Shown here: positions 1 through 6,528 of the stretch, piece after piece
Numbering within the stretch: the stretch's first letter is position 1
How the letters are laid out: the number at the start of each line of letters is the position of its first letter
DNA from: Oscillospiraceae bacterium
GTDB lineage: Bacteria; Bacillota; Clostridia; Oscillospirales; CAG-272
Direction of reading: 5' to 3'
NCBI GenBank assembly: GCA_015064695.1
Contig: SVRS01000004.1
Coordinates: 32,557 to 96,556, forward strand
Length of the DNA: 64,000 nucleotides
Made by a program: the position numbers and the translations under genes
Notes under the pieces: generated by a model
Database searches by the model: none
The model's input: the letters and a program-made list of their open reading frames with translations, nothing else
Told to the model about the DNA's origin: nothing

Positions 1-85
1 TCGTTTGCGTCTTTCCTCATATATCCTTTTTCCCAATATAGCCGTATCGAACACAAATACCTCCAACAATCTGTTTCAAGCAGAA

Positions 86-331
86 TTATCGTTCAAGCTC
101 CAATGCCTCTGATTCAAATATTTCATCATCCAGGAACTCGGTCAGCGACATATGGAACCCTCTTGCCAGCAGGATCACTGTACTCAACGTCACGGTCTGA
201 TTCCGCCCGTTCATGATGCACTGCATACTTCCGTGCTGTATGCCTGATTCCTGTTCCAACCGATACTGAGTCATTCCCTTTTCCAACAGCAACTTGGACA
301 CGCGCTTTGCCACGGCATCATTGACAGTCAA
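86..331 (-). CDS. XRE-family helix-turn-helix transcriptional regulator (~81 aa)
   Basis: The C-terminal part of ORF 86..700(-) reads AKRVSKLLLEKGMTQYRLEQESGIQHGSMQCIMNGRNQTVTLSTVILLARGFHMSLTEFL, a typical Cro/C1 HTH. A TTG at 329-331 is preceded by GGAGG. The rest of the long ORF is antisense to rarA and was discarded. Confidence 0.6.
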   Translation of the reverse strand: MTVNDAVAKRVSKLLLEKGMTQYRLEQESGIQHGSMQCIMNGRNQTVTLSTVILLARGFHMSLTEFLDDEIFESEALELER

Positions 332-459
332 GACCAGTTCCTCCTTCCGATTTGATGATTCTTTATACGAATATATTGTATCAAGAATCATCAGAAAATG
401 TAAGAAGGTACGCCTACATATCACGCGATTTTTAATTCTTCGGAAACCTTTGTTCCCAC

Positions 460-488
460 TTGACAAACTCTCCCCCATCCTGTATAAT
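460..488 (+). promoter_or_regulatory. Sigma-A type promoter for rarA
   Basis: TTGACA (460..465), 17-nt spacer, TGTATAAT extended -10 (481..488). Confidence 0.45.
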
Positions 489-533
489 AATGTCAGACAA
501 AATCCGCCCCCATCGGGCCCGAAAGGAACCGCC

Positions 534-1769
534 ATGACACACAACGCTCCCCTTGCCGATGCCCTGCGCCCCAAGACCATGGATGAGATCGTGGGCCAGA
601 CCCACCTTTTTGGAAAGAACGGTGTCATCCGCCGCATGGTGGAGGCGGGCCGCCTGACCAACATGATCTTTTTCGGCCCTCCCGGGACGGGCAAGACCAC
701 TGCCGCTTCGGTGATCGCCGCCCAATCGGGAATGGAATTTCATAAGCTCAACGCCACCACCGCCTCCCTCCAGGACGTCAAGGACATTTTAGCCCAGACC
801 GAGGGTATATTCGGCGCGGGCGGTATCCTGCTCTACCTGGATGAGATCCAATACTTCAACCGCAAGCAGCAGCAGTCTCTGCTGGAATACATGGAGGATG
901 GGCGCATCACCCTTATTGCCTCCACCACCGAAAATCCTCATTTTTACGTCTATAACGCCATTATTTCCCGTTCTTCCCTCTTTGAGTTCAAGCCCGTCCC
1001 CGCCGCCGAGTGTCTCAAAATGCTCCGCCGCGCCCTGGACCATCTGAACGAGCAGGGCGGGACATCCACCGTTCTGTCCGACAAGGTGGGCCTGGCTTTG
1101 GCCGAAAGCGCGGGAGGCGATGTGCGCCGCGCCGTGGGGCTTTTGGAGAACGCCTATTTCTCTGCGGGCTTTGAGGAGGGAGCCGAGATCACCGCCGAGC
1201 ATATTGCGGCCTTTGACACGGGGATCGGCAACTTCAACGACGACGTTCACTACGATCTGTTAGGCTGTCTGCAAAAATCCATTCGGGGCTCCGATCCCGA
1301 TGCGACGGCGTTCTACGTTGCCAAAATGCTCTCTTTGGGGGAGATGTTCCCCCTCATCCGCCGTCTCCAGGTGATCGCCAGCGAGGACATCGGGCTGGCC
1401 TACCCCCAGGCCGCCGCCATCGTTCGCGCCTGCTGTGAGTCTGCGAGGGAGTTGGGCATGCCCGAGGCACAGATCCCCCTCATCCACGCGGCCATGCTTC
1501 TGGCCACCTCTCCCAAGTCTAATTCGGCCTATAATGCCCTCCACTCTGCCATGTCCGATGTGGAGGCGGGCAAGGGGGTTCGTATTCCCGTCCACCTCCA
1601 AAGTCCTCTGTTCAAGGGGTACAAGTATCCCCATGACTACCCGAATCACTATGTGGAGCAGCAGTACCTCCCCGACGACCTTGTGGGCAAGCACTACTAT
1701 GAGCCTGCCCACAACAAAACCGAGCAGGCCGCCGCGGCTTATTGGCGGGAGATCAAGAAGAAGGGGTAA
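534..1769 (+). CDS. rarA: Replication-associated recombination protein A (AAA+ ATPase, MgsA/RarA)
   Basis: MTHNAPLADALRPKTMDEIVGQTHL...FFGPPGTGKTT (Walker A), LYLDEIQYFNRKQQ (Walker B/sensor), and a MgsA C-terminal region HLQSPLFKGYKYPHDYPNHYV. ATG at 534 chosen inside ORF 294..1769. Confidence 0.9.
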   Translation: MTHNAPLADALRPKTMDEIVGQTHLFGKNGVIRRMVEAGRLTNMIFFGPPGTGKTTAASVIAAQSGMEFHKLNATTASLQDVKDILAQTEGIFGAGGILLYLDEIQYFNRKQQQSLLEYMEDGRITLIASTTENPHFYVYNAIISRSSLFEFKPVPAAECLKMLRRALDHLNEQGGTSTVLSDKVGLALAESAGGDVRRAVGLLENAYFSAGFEEGAEITAEHIAAFDTGIGNFNDDVHYDLLGCLQKSIRGSDPDATAFYVAKMLSLGEMFPLIRRLQVIASEDIGLAYPQAAAIVRACCESARELGMPEAQIPLIHAAMLLATSPKSNSAYNALHSAMSDVEAGKGVRIPVHLQSPLFKGYKYPHDYPNHYVEQQYLPDDLVGKHYYEPAHNKTEQAAAAYWREIKKKG

Positions 1770-1873
1770 GGCATCGTGGGCCAATCGGTTGGGACGTGGG
1801 CTTACAACTTTGCGGTTATTGCATTCGTTTCCATTTTGTGATATACTGGTCTCACAGACAGGAGGAAGAATAC

Positions 1874-2578
1874 ATGTATAACCTGAATCAATTCTGTAAC
1901 GTAATCACAGCCCTCCGAAAGGAACGCAGATGGACCCAGACGCAGCTGGCCGATCGGATCGGGATCGCGCCCCAGTCGGTGTCCAAGTGGGAGTGTGGTG
2001 TCGGGTTCCCCGATATTACCCTGTTTCCCGTCATTGCCGATCTCTTTGACGTTCCCATTGGTGTCCTGTTCGGAGTGGCTCCATCACGAACAAAGGAGAA
2101 TGAACGTATGGAAAACCATTTGACCCGTGAGCGAAGCTATACTTTTGAACCGCTGACCCACCTTGATTTCAGTATCAACAACCGTTGCCGTATCCGCATC
2201 ATTGACGAGGAACGGGAGGATTCCCTGGTAACCGTACAGGGTGATCCCACTTTTATGGAGTACCATCTGGTCGAAAAGGAGGGAGACCACCTGCGGATCA
2301 CCGTCAAGAACCCCAGCGGCTCGGCATTCCGTTGGGAGCCCTACGACCGGGGCAGCTACGAAGGCGAGAACCTCATCACCATCCACACGGGCGTGGCAAA
2401 GTCCAACTGCTACTGCACCAATTTCCTGGATTTGATCACGTCCCAATGGCGCACAGATGATGGCCACGACGAATGGGTGTTCTGCACCGAGGAGGAGATG
2501 GAAGCCCTCTGCCCGGGCTTCCACGAACGCAAGCAGGAGCCCACGGAGGTGTATGCCGTCACACGGCCTATGAGATAA
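1874..2578 (+). CDS. XRE-type HTH domain protein with uncharacterised C-terminal domain
   Basis: N-terminus LRKERRWTQTQLADRIGIAPQSVSKWECGVGFPDITLFPVIADLFDVPIGVLFG. GGAGGAAGAATAC lies upstream of the ATG at 1874. I did not recognise the C-terminal ~160 aa. Confidence 0.7.
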   Translation: MYNLNQFCNVITALRKERRWTQTQLADRIGIAPQSVSKWECGVGFPDITLFPVIADLFDVPIGVLFGVAPSRTKENERMENHLTRERSYTFEPLTHLDFSINNRCRIRIIDEEREDSLVTVQGDPTFMEYHLVEKEGDHLRITVKNPSGSAFRWEPYDRGSYEGENLITIHTGVAKSNCYCTNFLDLITSQWRTDDGHDEWVFCTEEEMEALCPGFHERKQEPTEVYAVTRPMR

Positions 2579-2626
2579 GATTTCCAAGAGTTGGACGACC
2601 TCAAACAGGTTAAGAATCCATAATTG

Positions 2627-2667
2627 AAAAACTCCTTGCGACCCAAAAGGCTCGCAAGGAGTTTTTT
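2627..2667. terminator. Bidirectional intrinsic terminator
   Basis: AAAAACTCCTTGCGA-CCCAAAAGGC-TCGCAAGGAGTTTTTT between convergent genes. Confidence 0.7.
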
Positions 2668-2695
2668 ATGGGATCTTTATGCGCTTTCCGTCGTC

Positions 2696-2914
2696 TTACG
2701 AATCCTCCAGCGCGTCGTAATCGCGGGAGCGGAAGAGGAGGGAGATGCACCAGATACCGGCCAGAGCGACCACGGTATAGATGATGCGCGCCGCCACGGT
2801 GGCGGCTCCGCCGCAGATCCAGGAGACCAGATCGAACTGGAACAGACCGATGCTACCCCAGTTCAGCGCGCCGATGATGGAAACAATGAGCGCGATGCGA
2901 TCCAAAATCATCAT
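2696..2914 (-). CDS. DUF378-family small membrane protein
   Basis: MMILDRIALIVSIIGALNWGSIGLFQFDLVSWICGG... matches the characteristic DUF378 (YuzA-like) two-TM signature. Start trimmed to the ATGATG at 2909-2914. Confidence 0.7.
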   Translation of the reverse strand: MMILDRIALIVSIIGALNWGSIGLFQFDLVSWICGGAATVAARIIYTVVALAGIWCISLLFRSRDYDALEDS

Positions 2915-3196
2915 AAAAGAACCTATCCTTTCCGAGGTCGGCGTAGAGCCCGCCGCCTCCGTCTTTGTACAAGCGGACAGCGACCCATCCGCGGCGGAAA
3001 CGGCCGCAGACGGCGCGGGTTCGGTCGGCTGATCGGCGTTTTCGTCCATCCATAGTGTGGCGTTTTGCAAAGATATTTATGCGGCCGGACGTGAGTGGGT
3101 AATTGTGGTTTTCGCCGAATTTTTCATGCATCAAAAGTATAGGAAAACTGCCACAAAAAGGGCTGCTTAATTTGTCAAAAAATGCAAGTTTTGCCC

Positions 3197-3366
3197 TGTG
3201 GAAAACTCGCCGCTTTACTCGGATCTCCACAAGTTTTCCCCACCACTTTCCCACAGGCTGTGGATAAGTCTGTGGACTTCTTTGCAAAATTGTGGAAAAA
3301 ACCGCGACCCATAAGGCTTTTTTAGGGTTTTAGTTGGATAAAGTCGGTGTTGGATGCTGTGGATAA
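3197..3366 (-). promoter_or_regulatory. DnaA-box cluster (consensus TTATCCACA read on the minus strand)
   Basis: Perfect TGTGGATAA at 3259..3267 and 3358..3366. One-mismatch TGTGGAAAA at 3197..3205 and 3291..3299. All four share one orientation. Further 2-mismatch sites occur at 3223..3231, 3247..3255 and 3333..3341. The region has no credible ORF. Confidence 0.6.
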
Positions 3367-3483
3367 GCATCGTTTGGTTGTATATCGTTCTTCGGCTGCT
3401 TTGGGAAAAGCTTATGGTAAAAATCAACAAAAAAAGAGGGGTCTCGATGGTCGGTCAAGGCCCCCGCCCTACATCCCCTGCTC

Positions 3484-3513
3484 TTGACAACACACCTCCT
3501 TTCGTGCTATAAT
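3484..3513 (+). promoter_or_regulatory. Sigma-A type promoter upstream of the DUF3006-like gene and M3 peptidase
   Basis: TTGACA (3484..3489), 18-nt spacer, TATAAT (3508..3513). Confidence 0.45.
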
Positions 3514-3540
3514 AAGCCATCCCCCGAAAGGAGACCGTTT

Positions 3541-3717
3541 ATGGAACCCAAGGATTACATCCTCATCAAAATCGAAGGCGAATACGCCTACCTCCGCGAG
3601 GTCAATGAAGCCACCTCCGACAAAGACGTTTACATTGCTCTTGCCCTCCTGCCCGCAGGGGTGGATGTGGGAGACAAATTGCATTACGAGATGTTTACGT
3701 ATACGATCATCGAATAA
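3541..3717 (+). CDS. Small DUF3006-like protein (58 aa)
   Basis: MEPKDYILIKIEGEYAYLREV...LPAGVDVGDKL resembles DUF3006 (xIxRIEGxxAVLE...LPxxxxEGD). AAAGGAG RBS and a TTGACA-18-TATAAT promoter lie upstream. Confidence 0.45.
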   Translation: MEPKDYILIKIEGEYAYLREVNEATSDKDVYIALALLPAGVDVGDKLHYEMFTYTIIE

Positions 3718-3777
3718 CGAAACGCCGCGGACGTCGATTTCGACAAATTACAATTCCATCAGAAAGGAAACAGAATC

Positions 3778-5481
3778 ATGAAATTCACCGAAATGCCCTA
3801 CACCCGCCCCGACATGGAGGCTGTCAAGGCACAATCTGCCGCCCTCACCGCTCGCTTGAGCGAGGCCACCGACTACGCCGCCGCCAAGGTCGCATTCCTG
3901 GAATACCAGGAAGTCCAAAAGCACCTTCAGACCCTCTGCACCCTGGCCGAGGTGCGCCACTCCATCGACACCCGCGACGAGTTCTACGACGCCGAGGTCA
4001 AGTATATCAACGCCACCATGCCCGAGGTACAGGAGTACGCCCAGGCCTTCACCGCCGCCCTGCTGGAATCCCCCTTCCGCGCGGATTTTGCCGCAGAGTA
4101 CGGCGACCTCATGTTCGTCAACGCGGAGATCGCGCTGAAATCCTTCTCCCCTGAGATCATCCCCGAAATGCAGGCTGAAAACGATCTGACCATGGCCTAC
4201 GAAAAGCTGTTGGCCTCCGCGCAGATCCCCTTTGAGAACGGCGTCTATACCCTCTCCCAAATGACTCCCTTTATGTCCGACCCCGACGACAACCGCCGTC
4301 TGGCCGCCTGGAAGGCCAACGGTCAGTGGTACAAGGACAACCAGGCCGAGCTGGACCGCATTTACGACGAGCTGACCCACCTCCGGGACACCATGGGCAA
4401 GAAGCTGGGCTACGAGGGCTACACTACCCTGGGCTACTACCGCATGGGGCGCAACTGCTACACCGAGGCCGACGTAAAGAAGTTCCGCGCCGCCGTGGTA
4501 AAATATCTGGTTCCCGTGGCGGATGCCATCTACCGCGCTCAGGCCGAAAGATTGGGTAAGACCTACCCCATGAGCTACGCAGACAACGCCCTGATGTTCC
4601 GCACGGGGAATCCCCGTCCCTGCGGAAGCGCCGAGGATATTCTCAAGCAGGGCGATAAATTCTACGACGAGCTGTCCCCCGAAACCGCCGAGTTCTTCCG
4701 GATCATGCGTGAGGGAGAGCTTTTGGACGTTCTCTCCACCGAGGGCAAGCAGGGTGGCGGCTACTGCACCGGTATCCCCGACTACGAGGTGCCCTTCATC
4801 TTCGCCAACTTCAACGGCACCCAGGGTGACGTGGAGGTGGTGACCCACGAGGCGGGCCACGCCTTCGCCTGCTGGATGAACCGCGACCGCATTCCCCTGG
4901 ATTACATGTGGCCCTCCATGGAGGCCTGCGAGGTCCACTCCATGTCCATGGAATTCTTTGCCTGGCCTTGGGCTGAGGGATTCTTCGGGCAGGACACCCG
5001 CAAGTTCCTCTACAGCCACCTGGCGGGCGCTCTGACCTTCATCCCCTACGGAACTCTGGTGGATCACTTCCAGCACGAGGTGTATGCGAAGCCCCACATG
5101 ACCCCCGCACAGCGTCACGCCACCTGGAAGGAGCTTATGGGCGTATACATGCCCTGGGTCAAGCTGGACGGCGAGATTCCCTTCTACGCCGAGGGCGAGG
5201 GCTGGCAGAGACAGCACCATATTTACAGTAGTCCCTTCTACTACATCGACTACTGCCTGGCTCAGACCGTAGCTCTCCGCTTCTGGGCAATGATCCAAAA
5301 CGATATGCCCACCGCGTGGTCTCACTATATGGCCTACACCAAGGAGGGCGGCAGCAAGAGCTTCACCGATCTGCTTACCCATGCCGGTCTGGACACGCCC
5401 TTCGACGAGGCCTGCCTGCGCGCCGTCTGCGAGGAGGCCAACAAGTGGCTCTCCGAGTTTGATCTGGGCGGAATCGTCTGA
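3778..5481 (+). CDS. M3-family oligoendopeptidase (PepF-like zinc metallopeptidase)
   Basis: 567 aa with the HEAGHAF zinc motif followed downstream by EVHSMSMEF. Overall length and architecture fit M3B oligoendopeptidase F. Confidence 0.85.
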   Translation: MKFTEMPYTRPDMEAVKAQSAALTARLSEATDYAAAKVAFLEYQEVQKHLQTLCTLAEVRHSIDTRDEFYDAEVKYINATMPEVQEYAQAFTAALLESPFRADFAAEYGDLMFVNAEIALKSFSPEIIPEMQAENDLTMAYEKLLASAQIPFENGVYTLSQMTPFMSDPDDNRRLAAWKANGQWYKDNQAELDRIYDELTHLRDTMGKKLGYEGYTTLGYYRMGRNCYTEADVKKFRAAVVKYLVPVADAIYRAQAERLGKTYPMSYADNALMFRTGNPRPCGSAEDILKQGDKFYDELSPETAEFFRIMREGELLDVLSTEGKQGGGYCTGIPDYEVPFIFANFNGTQGDVEVVTHEAGHAFACWMNRDRIPLDYMWPSMEACEVHSMSMEFFAWPWAEGFFGQDTRKFLYSHLAGALTFIPYGTLVDHFQHEVYAKPHMTPAQRHATWKELMGVYMPWVKLDGEIPFYAEGEGWQRQHHIYSSPFYYIDYCLAQTVALRFWAMIQNDMPTAWSHYMAYTKEGGSKSFTDLLTHAGLDTPFDEACLRAVCEEANKWLSEFDLGGIV

Positions 5482-5513
5482 TCTGCAGGGGCAGGCTATA
5501 GCTTATACGTAAA

Positions 5514-5674
5514 GGGAACCTCTAAAAATTCATCGCATGGAGAATCGACGGAATCTTTTCCGTCATACTTCACAAAAATCCTTCGCGTAGACTCCACTAC
5601 GCGCGCGGACTTTTGTTGCGTCTGACAAAAAATCTTCTCGCCGCTCTCCGCACGCTGAATATTTAGAGGTCCCC
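5514..5674 (+). mobile_element. MITE-like 161-bp TIR element, copy A
   Basis: GGGAACCTCTAAAAATTC...GAATATTTAGAGGTCCCC. Flanked by TAAA on both sides. By eye it is identical to 59908..60068. Confidence 0.7.
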
Positions 5675-5681
5675 TAAAGAA

Positions 5682-5720
5682 ATCCCCCGATGCGGCGGCA
5701 TGCGCTCTGCATCGGGGGAT
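5682..5720. terminator. Hairpin terminator between the M3 peptidase and the HPr-like gene
   Basis: ATCCCCCGATGC-(15 nt)-GCATCGGGGGAT, immediately after MITE copy A. Confidence 0.55.
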
Positions 5721-5754
5721 AAATGTTCAATTTAACGTGATTTTCGTGATGGAA

Positions 5755-6000
5755 TTACGCCTCGGGTGCCTCAACCACGAACTTGCCCAGCAACTCCATC
5801 AGCTCACCAGACTTGTGGTCCTCGTGGAAAATGAGCTGAACGGGCTTGGTCAGATCCAGGCTGAAAATACCCAGGAGAGAACGGCCATCTACGGTATAAC
5901 GGCCGGATACCAGATCTACCTCTCCGTCGAAAGCGAGAAGAGACTTCACAAGGGTGTACACATCGTCAACGGTCGTAAGCTTAATGTAAATGGATTTCAT
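5755..6000 (-). CDS. HPr-like small protein lacking the canonical His15 motif
   Basis: 81 aa MKSIYIKLTTVDDVYTLVKSLLAFDGEVDLVSGRYTVDGRSLLGIFSLDL... The GRSLLGIxSL segment resembles the HPr Ser46 region, but there is no GLHARPA segment. GGAGAA RBS present. Confidence 0.55.
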   Translation of the reverse strand: MKSIYIKLTTVDDVYTLVKSLLAFDGEVDLVSGRYTVDGRSLLGIFSLDLTKPVQLIFHEDHKSGELMELLGKFVVEAPEA

Positions 6001-6306
6001 AGCATTCTCCTTTCCGCCGTATAGAAATACGGCACACGTGCGCCGATCGGTATCCCATTGATCCGTCGGTGCTTTGCAGATCCTGTTTACGCCCAAATTA
6101 TATCGAATTTTTCTGTTTTTGGCAAGATGTAAATTGTATAAAGTTTCCAATTTGTTCTTGCTCTTTTTGTTTCAATTGCACAGAACTCGTCTTGAGCCGC
6201 GCCAATATGCCGAAAGGAAACGATAAATGTCAATCCATATGGGTGCTTTTTTTCTTCCCGCAACGATTTTTTCCGTTCTGAAATCCGTGAATTTCGTCAA
6301 AACCCC

Positions 6307-6335
6307 TTGCAAATTTTTATGAAATGTGCTATACT
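6307..6335 (+). promoter_or_regulatory. Sigma-A type promoter for lysK, giving a ~185-nt leader
   Basis: TTGCAA (6307..6312), 17-nt spacer, TATACT (6330..6335). Confidence 0.4.
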
Positions 6336-6528
6336 AAAATATCTGTAAGTATTCTCGCTTTATTTTACTCAACTGAATCCGTAGGCAATATTGCACAAGG
6401 GTTGCTTCGCAGACGTGCCGCCCGCTTTGCAAGCATAGACGTTTCGTCAAACGCACAAAGGAATCAGCCGTGCATTGTGCATGATTGCCTGTATATCGTA
6501 AAATGCAAAAAGAAGAAAGGAAACCACT

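Noticed and set aside
86-700. Full 204-aa ORF on the minus strand.
   Set aside because: Only the last ~81 codons look like a protein (XRE HTH) and have an RBS plus a TTG start. The upstream part overlaps rarA and its promoter in antisense.
3215-3430. 71-aa ORF (-), and ORF 2853..3287 (-), inside the DnaA-box region.
   Set aside because: The translations look like junk (MLIFTISFSQSSRRTIYNQ...). There is no RBS, and they overlap the repeated box motifs.
2915-3483. This DnaA-box region as the chromosomal replication origin (oriC).
   Set aside because: It is not rejected as a DnaA-binding cluster, but I do not call it oriC. There is no dnaA, dnaN or rpmH nearby, no obvious long AT-rich unwinding element, and no switch of gene orientation around it. 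GC skew could not be computed here.
3748-5382. 544-aa ORF on the minus strand opposite the M3 peptidase. Similar long antisense ORFs occur at 6538..8760(-), 10364..12001(-), 14561..15856(+), 15895..17091(+), 21565..22902(+), 25181..26488(+), 26492..29500(+), 29763..31031(+), 31298..32770(+), 34798..36249(+), 38604..40403(-), 48178..50091(+) and 57581..59527(+).
   Set aside because: Each lies exactly antisense to a gene with clear family motifs. Their translations are G/V/A/H/L/D-rich low-complexity strings with no motifs, as expected for shadow ORFs in GC-rich DNA.
6336-6528. A T-box or lysine riboswitch upstream of lysK.
   Set aside because: I could find no GGTGGTACCGCG-type T-box core, no specifier or antiterminator layout, and no recognisable L-box segments. 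It is kept only as an unexplained leader.
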